DNA from: Chrysomallon squamiferum
Taxonomy: Eukaryota; Animalia; Mollusca
DNA length: 64,000 nt
Direction: 5' to 3'
Assembly (NCBI GenBank): GCA_012295275.1
Contig: CM022677.1
Span: 1,426,001-1,490,000 of the forward strand
The first letter of the stretch is position 1. Each line of letters opens with the position of its first letter. Under the pieces are notes generated by a model. It saw nothing but the letters and a program-made list of their open reading frames with translations. It had not been told where the DNA came from and did no database searches. Position numbers and translations under genes: made by a program. Of the stretch, positions 52,697 through 64,000 are shown one piece after another.

Positions 52697-54196
52697 GTAT
52701 TTCATCGCTGACTTAGAAAACAGTTATGCTGATAATGAATTGTTTAAGTGTATCTGTGTGGATGGTAGATGTGTGTGTTTGAGGAGGGTTGGATGTTGGT
52801 GTTTGCATGGATATGTATAACTGTATGTTTGTGTGTAAAGGGTTATGATTATGAGTAATATATTTGTTAATTTTTCAGAGCTTTTAGGTGATTTTATAAA
52901 GAATCCTGATCAAGTTTTTACTACTGAACCTGGACAACAAATACTAAACTGACAACAAATACTAAACAGATAATAAATACTAAACTGATAAGAAATATTT
53001 GTATTGGAGATGGAATGAAAGCAAGATGTATCAATTGTGACTTGAAGTGGAGGGCCCTAGTCCCATTGGAGGGATACACTGACTAAGTATAATACATCAG
53101 TTACATTTATATAAAAATAATGATAACTTCCTGTCTTAAAAATTTTTTTTTCTTTTGAAGACTGAGTAAAAAATAGTGAAAGAAATATGAATATAAAATA
53201 GTAGAGTTTAAATAACACATCTAAATTGTAAGAAATTTATATGATATCTGAAAAAGCTATTTGTAGAGGAAAAAAGACATTGCTGAATCTGTTCTTGTAT
53301 GCATTTAATATTAAATATGAAGATGATAAATCTAATGTCTGATTTCCAAACCATGTTATCCCTGCAATCCTCTTGGCTATGAATATAATTCCTTGCTTCT
53401 GACTGGTCAAGCTTATAATTTCAAGACACACAATTGTTAAATATTTAAACAACAATTTATCTAAATTTAATAATGATAATGAAAAAATAACAAAAACAAA
53501 ATTGATGAATTAGTTTTATTATATTTTTTGTTTCTATTTAATTTATTAGTTGTTAAATTTCCAGGTATTCCATGTTTGGTTTGATGTTATAGTTGACTAC
53601 ATTTCAATCACAGCTAACTACACAGACAGGTGAGAAAAATCCATCAAAGGTTTGTTTTGTGTGTTTTTTTCTAGTTTACATTTTCATTTTCTGAAATCAG
53701 AATAGAAAAAGCAAAAACAATTAAATAAATATTAATTTTATTAAATTTTAAAATAATCTATAATTTTGTAAATATGAATGAGTTGACATAGGTTAGTTTG
53801 TGTTGGTATATGTACAGTTACCATGTTTTATCAAAACAACATTAGAACCTATTTTTCCATTTATTAGTTTTCATTTTCAGTCTGATATTTTATATTTGTT
53901 GTCAAAGGCAAACCAAGATTTAACATAATTTATTCAGTTATCTGCTTTTTATCTTAACTTAGTAGTGATATATTTTCATCAGTGTCTTAATTTAATTCCT
54001 TGTTATTATATTATTAACTTTGATACACACAAATGTCCATTTTAACATATCCTTCTTCTTCTTCATCTACTTCTTCTTCTTCTTCTTCTTCTTATTGTTA
54101 TTATTATCATCATCATCATCATTATGCTGTTGTTGCTATTCTATTTCTTTTGTAGTTTTTTTTTTATTTTAGTGTTAATTTTTTTTTTATTTATAA

Positions 54197-54243
<47 letters not shown>

Positions 54244-54359
54244 GTTCAGCTGTGCAACTTTCTTGGCAAGGACAGTGTACTTTTCACAGTGTAATTTTTA
54301 CTTCCACATTTCTCTACACTGATGATAATTACACAACTGTTAACACATGTTGGGTACAG
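51381..54359 (+). pseudogene. MARS1: MARS1 unprocessed pseudogene fragment, copy B
   Basis: Duplicate exons at 51852-51969, ~52229-52394, 52879-53086 (same TAA at 53084) and 53565-53649. One further exon at 54244-54359 reads VQLCNFLGKDSV/FHSVIF..DDNYTTVN, matching MetRS YQFMAKDNVPFHS..DNYT. Confidence 0.88.
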
Positions 54360-54997
54360 GTAAGCAGTTTTTATTTTTAGTGTAAACACATTTCATTGGT
54401 CTAGAATGTAAATCTAAAGTCTGACTCACAGAGTATATATATATTTATTTTTTATCTGATTTATCCATCAGCAATTTAAAATACAACCTTTTTTAAAATA
54501 CATTCATATGTAGTCAGTGTTTTCCTAAGATTCTTACATTTTTGTTATTTTTACTTAACCTGTTCACAATTTGATTATTTTAGTCTTAAACTGACATGTG
54601 TGAGCTGACATATGAAACAAGGTTCTAAGTTGCAGAGTAAAAGTATTTCAGTGTCTGTAACTAGTGGAGTGACACAAGCTTTTAGATGTTGATTCTAGGT
54701 GTGTTTTAGAGCACGTTTATGAACTGTTATTTGCTGGATGGTTTATTTTCTGAAAAAAAGAGAATCTTACATGATGTGTATCAACTGCAAGCTTCTTTAT
54801 TTTTTTACACAGCAGAGAAATATCAATGAGTGAATGAGTGAAATATCAAAATACAAATCAATGAAAAAATCCAACTTAATACATGATTTTATGTGATGGG
54901 TCAAATGTTATATCTTTCCAGTAAAGTTTCTAATTCATCTCTTCAGTGTCTTTAGTGATCTCAGTTTTGACTTTCCATTCATCTTTACACACTGCTT

Positions 54998-55376
54998 AGT
55001 GATATCAGTACACCATTACACTCATTTACTTGTAGAATTGTTCAGTATTATCAGTGATCTCACTACACCAGTACACTCATTTACTTGTAGAATTGTTCAG
55101 TATTGTCAGCGATCTCAGTACACCATTACACTCATTTACTTCTAGAATTGTTCAGTATTGTCAGTGATATCAGTACACCATTACACTCATTTACTTGTAG
55201 AATTGTTCAGTATTGTCAGTGATCTCAGTACACCATTACACTCATTTACAATTGGAATTGTTCAGTATTGTCAGTGATCTCAGTACATTATTACACTCAT
55301 TTACTTGTAGAATTGTTCAGTATTGTCAGTGATCTCAGTACACCAGTACACTCATTTACTTCTAGAATTGTTCAGT
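54998..55376. repeat. Minisatellite, ~55-bp unit, ~7 copies
   Basis: Unit AGTGATCTCAGTACACCATTACACTCATTTACTTGTAGAATTGTTCAGTATTGTC. Confidence 0.95.
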
Positions 55377-56227
55377 TGTTTTTAACTTAGATGCCTGTTC
55401 TTACTTCAGGAAAGAAAAGTTCAATAAAAAGAAAACATAACTTTCTTTAATACTTTTACATTGGGACTGATTTTTAACTCTTTCAGACATATATTTTGGG
55501 GATAAGAACTAGGGAATATTCCACACAGAAGTTGTAACAGTATTTTCGTTCCATTCAGATTATTATATTTTCAAGTATCAGTGGGTTAAAACATTTGTGA
55601 TGTTTAATTTTATAATATCTGAAAATCAAATTCAAAATATTAATGTCATATATTTTCCTACCAGAGAGTAGAATTTGAGGCCACATATTTTATTATTATA
55701 AAAATATATTTAACAACACAGGTCTTAACTGTTAGGGATGATGCTATAAATGGACTATATAAACCACTTAGTTGTGGCCTACAGACAGAACTAAATGCTA
55801 TGACATAAACCACTATAACTAGTCTAATCCATAATAAGAGTAGATTTACAAAATGAAGAGACATTTACATCACAAAACGTGGTTCAAGGACAGGGTGTTA
55901 CTCAGTGTTGTCATTCGCAACATTAGCCTTCTTTTTACAGACAGAACTAAATGGTGCGACATAAATCACTACATGTAGACTAAGCAATAGTAGTCATTTA
56001 TGTCACCAAACTGAGTTTAAGGGCAGAAGGGCGTTTACTAGGCTTTTACTGTAAGTTGTCACTGGAAACATTCATATTTATTTTGCAGAGAGAAATAAAT
56101 GATGTGACATAAATCAATAAATGTGATCTCATTACTTACTACCTTAAGAGATTACAAAATAACTCATTCTTACATAACATTAGTTTGACCCTGATATTGC
56201 AGTATCTTAACCTGTTCTGTGTTTTAG

Positions 56228-57025
56228 GTAAGTTGAAAGTGATTGGTCACTACTGAAGATGGAAGCTGTTGTAGATGATGTGTCTGATAAGGGAAGTTTT
56301 TTCAAGGAGTGGTTGGTTGTGTGTGTGTTTTGTGTTGTTTTTCTAATATATCTTAGGTCAGAATCTTGAAATTGTTTGACACATTAATTTGTGTAGGTAA
56401 AGTTCTTTCTATTTGTGTTCTTACATGTGTCAGTAATTCAGTTAAACTTAGTTTGTGTGCATCTGTTGTCACTAATTGTTATAATAAAACTGCCAATTTA
56501 CAATAAAGTATTATTCTTTTCTATTTGTTACCTGTTTTCATCAGCTGATCATATGCACATTATTAATATTCACATTTGTTTCTATGTTATTTCTTTATTT
56601 TGTTTTTGTTCTATTTAAATATAATAATAACTTGTAACATTTCTCATATTTCTTCATTATACTTTTGCAGTGTTAAAAACTGGAACAAATCATTTATTGA
56701 AATTCCTTATCCAGAGTTGAATTGTGATGTGACATTCGGATGACACACTAGAGGTATTTATATCAAACATTTATTTTTCTTATTTTTTGGCTTTTATATA
56801 AGATCAGTGTTCATGTATGTTGCTGTGATGGAAGATACTTTTTGTTAGATCCTGGGTTTAAAACAATACTGTAACAAAATATTTCAGACTATGTCAGATG
56901 AGGATCAGCCTTGTAAGGAGCAGCAAGCACACAAGGACAAAGTCTGTGTTACACCACAGCATGACAGCTCTGATGATTACAGTGATCATTTCTGATGGGA
57001 ATGAGAGAAGAAGACATACACTCCG
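56228..57025 (+). other. Three exon-like blocks of an unidentified, degenerate gene
   Basis: AG..GT-bounded segments 56228-56311, 56671-56753 and 56888-57025 in AT-rich flanks; in-frame stops present; no protein recognised. Confidence 0.3.
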
Positions 57026-57821
57026 GTAAGATGCATTGATTTTTGTTTTACCACTCACTCACACACATACACATAATTACACTCAGTTAAAAGCTACTTC
57101 AAGCTGTTTATTACATTTATGAGTCATATATAATTTGAAATGTATATGTCTGACACACATTTCTACCGTGAGTTCTTTTATTGAGATAAAAATTTGCTGT
57201 GAGCAGAAACCAGTAATGAACTAGTTAGATTTTTTGTTATAAAGTTTCAGTTGGTTCCCTTCCTTTATGTTTGTTTGTGTTTCTTACAGTAAAACTGATT
57301 TAGTTATTGTTATAAATTCTCAGTTGTTTCCCTTCCTTTGTGTTTATTTATGCTTCTTACATTTAAACCAGAGATAATAACCAAAACATGGTGGTAAATG
57401 TTTCACGTATCAGCTGGTTAGGTTCTGTGATGGGACTCTACTTCTGCTCTAGTATCGCTTTTCATAAATAAATAAGTAATTTTGTGTTATTTACAAAATT
57501 ATATAATTCATGGTTACAGTAAACATTGATAATGGTGTCCTTTGATGATATGAAAACAATTTTATATTTTTATTATTTTTTCATTTAAAATTTACATTAT
57601 AAAAATTCTGCTTACAATCATGTGTGACTTAGGTAAGTATTAAATATGTTTCTATAACGCTGTTAAACACTGAACTATTTTACCATTACATTGTAATTAC
57701 AATTATTTAAATCAATAAATTACTAATCTGACATTTAAAAGAATAACTTTAATTTTGGCATTTCATGCAGGAACATGCTCTTAAAAGCATTTAGAAAAGC
57801 TTTTGTTTTTATTTTATTTTA

Positions 57822-57881
<60 letters not shown>

Positions 57882-58459
57882 TTTTAAGTTCATTACTCAC
57901 TATTTTGGATAAATGATGAAAATTCTGTAAATAAGCAATGTGAGAATTAAGCTCAAAGAAAAAGATTTTTACTTATAAAAGTTGAACTTAATACAAAATA
58001 TAGGTGATGCTCTATAATGGACCCAGTGTAATTTATACTTTCCATGTTTAATGCTACCAGCCTTTCCTAATAATAAAGTATAACAATATTTTGACCAGCT
58101 TGTATATAAAGGATGACTTACCCAATATTTTATTTTATTTTTTATTTAATTTATTTATATATCATAAAATATGAGAAATGACAGAACTAAAGCTCACAGT
58201 TTGAGTAAATTAGTGTAAAATTATGACATACTCAGTCTGTTAGAGATTTTTGTATGGATTAATTATGTCATCATTGAAAATATAGACTCCACAGAGATAA
58301 ATGAATAACAAATAAATAAACAAAATACTATAAAAATAGAAGAAGAAAAAAATCATAAGATAAAGGAAATATAATGATTGTGGACACAGAAACAAGACTG
58401 AAACAATGCTAATGGAAGAATGGAAATAATGAAGTAATCAGTATATTTGTACACTTGTG

Positions 58460-58957
58460 TATGTATGTTTCTATGTATGTATGTATGTTTCTGTGTGTGT
58501 ATGTTTCTATGTATGTATGTTTCTGTGTATGTATGTATGTTTCTATGTATGTATGTTTCTATGTATGTATGTATGTTTCTGTGTATGTATGTTTCTGTGT
58601 ATGTATGTTTCTGTGTATGTATGTTTCTCTGTATGTATGTTTCTGTGTATGTATGTTTCTATGTATGTATGTTTCTATGTATGTATGTTTCTGTGTATGT
58701 ATGTTTCTATGTATGTATGTTTCTATGTATGTATGTATGTTTCTGTGTATGTATGTTTCTATGTATGTATGTATGTTTCTGTGTATGTATGTTTCTGTGT
58801 ATGTATGTTTCTATGTATGTATGTTTCTGTGTATGTATGTTTCTGTGTATGTATGTTTCTGTGTATGTATGTTTCTATGTATGTATGTTTCTATGTATGT
58901 ATGTATGTTTCTGTGTATGTATGTTTCTATGTATGTATATTTCTTTGTATGTATGTA
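58460..58957. repeat. Compound (TATG)n/TTTCT satellite with 15/19-nt units
   Basis: TTTCT(A/G)TGTATGTATG(TATG) reiterated. Confidence 0.95.
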
Positions 58958-59155
58958 TACTTAAGAAAAAGAACCTTGGAATGTATTTGTGTGCTTGATA
59001 GAGAAAACGGGTATTGAAGTGTGTGTGTATGTTTGTGTGTGTGTTTGTGATGTGTGTGTATGAGTGTGTTTGTGTGTGTGTATGTGTGTGTATGTCTATG
59101 TGTGTGTTTGTGTCTGTGTAAGTGTGTGTGTGTGTGTGTTTCGTGTGAACGGATA

Positions 59156-60835
59156 CAGTACTCAGTGAAAAACGGATTTACTTTGGACCAACCGTAAGTG
59201 CCGATGTAGCCACAGTGCCGGCATGCAAAAATTAAATATATGAAGTTATAACCATTTAAATGACAAGAAATATATTTTATTTCTAATGTTATTGTTAAGC
59301 GTCTATCAAGTGTCATCTGAGAAACAATCTGTCATCGACGACTGCGAGGTTTTTCTACTTTTTTGTTCTCGTGTTTTTCTCAAAAAACAAACTTCTCTGT
59401 CGTGGCCTCCGTGTTTGAGATCGATTGCAAAAGTCTGATTTCGGTAGCAGCAACGAAAGATTTAATTTGTTTTATCATTTTAAAAATATCAGTGTAAGAA
59501 AGTTCGGTCACTGGGTCATTGTGTGTATCGTCAATTCATTCAGATTTTTCAATTTGTCATTCGTTACTCTTTGCCAAAATTTTAGTTTCGTACAATTGTT
59601 TTTACTCGTCACTATGTTTTATAAAGTCAAATATTTCGTGACTTCATTTTTTAAATTGCACTGCCAGGGTTCAAGGGAGGAATCGACTTCGTCTTAGTAT
59701 TAACCCGCGGCAAAATGTCGCCTTCTTTTTTTCCTTTTTCTTTCTTTCTTTCTTTCTTTCTTTATTATTTGAAACAGATCACTTGAAAAATGAATCTATC
59801 CATACATTTTGCCTCCATTTTGTCCAACCAGCTCCACAACAAATTCTGCGACCAATCAACGGACTTTCGTTATTTCTGTCAAATGCATTGTTTACTGTCG
59901 TGATTAGTGTTTGACAACAAACACAGTTCTTCCAAACTTGTATACAAATTAATTTAATTGAGATTCACACGATAAATGACATAATTGTCTGAACATGTGT
60001 ATAGATTAGTTTGTTAACGGCCCTTTTGTATATATTTTGATGTTCAAATTTTTGTTTGTGACAATAGCACAGCATTTAAATTTTCGATACTTTGCCATTT
60101 CATAGGTCGCTTTGCGATGAATTCAATAAAATAAAGCAAATGTGCGTCATACGTATTTATGTAGACTTCTGCTTTTGACACTTAATCTAAATGAGTGAAT
60201 TCACTTAAGTGTTAACACACGAATAATTTTCTAGTGTATTTAGCTCCGTTAAGGGCATAGGTTTTCAACCTGAGGGTCGCGACCTGCAGAGGGGTCGGCA
60301 GACTTTTCTCTGAGGGTCGCGAGATCTTTCTTGAGCGAACGTATGTTTTGGCGTTTTTCATCTTGACTTGGAAGGAAAAATAAATAAAAACCTGTAGATA
60401 GGTTTGAGACCCATCATAGTGAATATAGATTCCTTCTGTACTGTCTTTCGTTGAAGAAAATATGGTATATATATTTCATTGTTATATCAAAACGTCTCCT
60501 TCACGGTCCTTTACATGTAATTGGAATAACCTTGAACACATGCTTCCCACCAGAGTTGTGATTACAACAGTTAGCAGTGAGACACAGCCAAGACTGGCTG
60601 ATCATTCTCCACACAGGGGTGCCCAGCTGACTATAAGACTGTTGGGGGGATACCGCGTATAGTGATTACAAGAAGAATAGCTTCATTGTTTATTAAGATT
60701 TAACAAAATGCTATCATTTCATTTTGTCTACGCGGTAGTCTACTTAAGTGCTAATTGTTGGCATTTTTAAAGAAATGATCGAACCTTATTCTGGAATTTA
60801 CACCAGATATCCGAAGTAGAGAGACACGGATTTTC
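59156..60835 (-). mobile_element. Degraded pogo/Tigger (CENP-B/TIGD-like) DNA transposon
   Basis: The minus strand reads IFDFIKHS..LYETKILA..MIKQIKSFVAATEIRLLQS..KTSQSSMTDCFS (TIGD-like C-terminus) with stops. TA-CAGT terminus at 59154-59159. Inverted homology to 27860-28565 and ~5940-6245. Confidence 0.55.
60256..60414. mobile_element. hAT-Charlie/SPIN-like non-autonomous element nested in a transposase fossil
   Basis: CATAGGTTTTCAACCTGAGGGTCGCGACC..GGGGTCG resembles the CAGNGGTTCTCAACCTGTGGGTCGCGACCCC terminus. The other end is GGTTTGAGACCCAT. It lies in a segment that interrupts homology with 27860-28560. Confidence 0.6.
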
Positions 60836-60938
60836 CAAAGTTTTGTTCATAATATTTTATTTTAGCCTGGGAATTTCTCCTTATTTTCATAACTCTTTTA
60901 TAAAGTATATTTTTTCTTTATTTTACAGTGATAGAGAC

Positions 60939-61255
<317 letters not shown>

Positions 61256-61972
61256 CTACACACATCAAGTATATTTATAGGATATGATCTGGAATCCTGT
61301 CTCACAACATCTTTTTGTATTACACGCTGTATGCAGAAAAGAAAAATATTACAGAAACTAAATAATAAAACTTGATTTTTGTGTTTACATTGTAAAAACA
61401 AATTAAATACAAAAATAAACGAAGTAAAATTTTATGATACAAAATAAATTTATTTGCATTTTCTTTATATACATCTTATACAGAAACAAACAGTAAATCT
61501 GAAAGATAATCTAATTTACTTACATATTTGATATAAATATTAATAAAAGAAAATTGATAAATAAATGAAATAACAGTTCTTGTATTTTATGTCCAATAGT
61601 CAGTAAGTAAACATATCATTTTCTACATTTTATTTTATATACAATTTAAACTGAAATAAAAAAGTACAAACGAAGCAAGAAATGGTTAATAATATTGTTT
61701 CATATACAAAGAAAACAGCAGTAGAAATATTTAAATCAATAAATAAATACACAAATAAGTTAATAAATAATAAAGCAATAAAATGTTATTATACATTTTA
61801 CAAGTATCTGCTTGACAAAAATCAGTCATTTATAAAATTTCAAATTGAATCTAGTGTCTATGACGTCATCACTGCTGTCTGGCGTCACAAAAAACGTAAA
61901 CAAATAGACAAATAAAACTAAAAATGAGCCCAGTGATGACTAAAAGTGACAGTGTTTGAACGATGTTGTTTT

Positions 61973-63203
61973 TTACACTAAAAATAACAAAGCAGCTATT
62001 TGTCCGTCTGTCACACGTGTACGAAGTTGTCTGTCACTGTGTTTAGATTTGTGTGACTCAGAAAATCTACAAACAAAAGAGTCTACAAAAATTTCTGATT
62101 TACCTTCACCTCCACACCATGATCCTTCTCCCTTAACAGTAACAAACAAGCTGCACTCAGTGTCTTTAGTAATCTTCACTGGACGTCTGAACACGACGTC
62201 ATACACGTCAGACATAACGTTTTCATATCTCTGTGTCAGTGTAGACCCGTCCAGTATTTCGTCTGTTCTTGTGTCAGTGACGAAGGCGCTGACGTCGTAG
62301 TTTCGTGGTTTACGGTGACCGTACAACTGAAATCCAAGAAGTAAAGCGTTTTTGTTGACAGAGAAAGTAATGGCGTCATCTTCTTCACCAGAACATGGCA
62401 AATCCACTGAATATTCAATGTTCTACAAAAACCTGTCTTTATAATCCGTAATTTTTCATCTTGCAGTTCTCTTGTTTTGAGTTGAAAGGTGAAACATCTC
62501 ATCTGGACAAAGGAAATGTTTTGTAATTTTGAGTTCTTCTGTCTCAGTGAGTATGTGAGTGTGTGTCACGTGTTTTACAAAATACCTCCAATTCAGTAAT
62601 GGGTAACGCACGTGCTTCACGACCTCTCCCAGTGCTTCGCGCATGTTTTTTTCACTCGTCGTCTCTTCCCTTGCTTCCTGCACGCGCTGTCAGCCCACTT
62701 CACAGCGGCTTCAAAAACATTTTTCTCGTCTGCTGTCAGTTCGTCTGATCGTACGATCTCAACCAGACATTCGTGACAAAGATCGGTGACTTCATCTGAC
62801 TTCAGAACTTCGTCGCCATTTTCCAAAATGTAGTCCAGAGTTTTTTCCTTAGATCATGTTCATCAAACATGACCAGCACGACGCACGCATTCTGTGACGA
62901 CAACGACGACTCAAATAGTTGACACACTGTTCTTCCAGTGTTGTGATGATGTACTTCCTCGATAGATACAGCAGACCGGTGACGTTGTCGCCTGTTAGGA
63001 CGACGTCATCCGTGTAAAGATATCTGTGTAAAAGAAGTAGAGTAAGACTTTAAAACGTGAGATAACTATGTGAGATAATTAATAAAATAATTAGATTACT
63101 AACAAAAAATGTATTATATCAACGTTTCTGTTTGTATGTATGTCTCTCTTCCTCACTGTGTTCGTACATGTGTTTCCATGTCTCTGTGTATATGTGTAAT
63201 GGG

Positions 63204-63241
<38 letters not shown>

Positions 63242-63498
63242 AACATACTTTAAAAACTCTGAAAAAAGATGTCTGCCTTCACATCAGGTATCACAATATC
63301 TGATTTTTCGCGAAGTTCTCCAGTCAACATCTGACTGAAAAAATTTGATCAGAATTAAACATCGACAGCAGTTTATGTTCCCCAAAAAAATTAAATTAAA
63401 TCTGTGTGAGTTTTTTCAAGAAACAGAAAAAAAATTCAAATGCATTGCATCAGATTCTTCCCTGTCTGCCAACTTGAGGTTCCAGCTGCAGTGGCCAT
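61973..63498 (-). pseudogene. BTB-BACK-PHR copy 3, multiple frameshifts and deletions
   Basis: Colinear with copies 1 and 2 (ATG 63498, intron 63248-63024, stop 61973). The protein is split over several ORFs (62617-62826, 62456-62683, 61973-62407), with a multi-base deletion near 62870 and a degraded exon 1 at 63330-63440. Confidence 0.8.
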
Positions 63499-63565
63499 GT
63501 TCAAACTGATCAAAAAAGTAAAGTAATAAAAAAATTAAATATCAATAAAATTAAAAATAGCTCAC

Positions 63566-63626
<61 letters not shown>

Positions 63627-63791
63627 GTCATACTAAATATAATTTAAAATATTTCCGTGTACATATGACCTGTACATGGACATATTCCAAAACCGAAAGA
63701 AAAATATAAAAAATTAATCAAAAAAATAATTTCTAAAAAACGACTACTTTCTGTTTAACGCCTCTACTACTAAACACTGAGATCAGAGATC

Positions 63792-63832
<41 letters not shown>

Positions 63833-64000
63833 AAAAGATAAGGAAAGAAAGAAAAACATCGGATAGATAAAGGATAAAAAAAATATCTTGTGGTTATGGT
63901 AATGATTACTATCCTGATGACGAAGACACAAATAATTATTTTTATTATTATCATTATTATTATAAACAGAGGTGAGTGGTCAGTCAGGTAAGAAATATTT

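Overview
AT-rich, microsatellite-dense eukaryotic DNA with spliceosomal introns and two 200-N gaps; a Nin-type SINE fragment suggests an invertebrate, probably a mollusc (inference). The main content is a minus-strand tandem family of two-coding-exon BTB-BACK-PHR genes (BTBD1/2/3/6-like Cullin-3 adaptors). There is one intact copy (23803-25315, 433 aa), one with a single 1-nt frameshift (33052-34601), one heavily disrupted copy (61973-63498) and a 3'-end remnant (~5220-5866). The copies differ strongly by amino-acid-changing substitutions in the PHR domain and look mosaic. Between copies 2 and 3 lies a duplicated, intron-retaining pseudogene of cytoplasmic methionyl-tRNA synthetase (MARS1), barely visible in the ORF track. 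The rest is segmental duplication, a repeated promoter/5'UTR-exon-like module, pogo/Tigger-like transposase fossils, MITEs and mini/microsatellites. All family assignments are from recalled sequence motifs; no database search was run.
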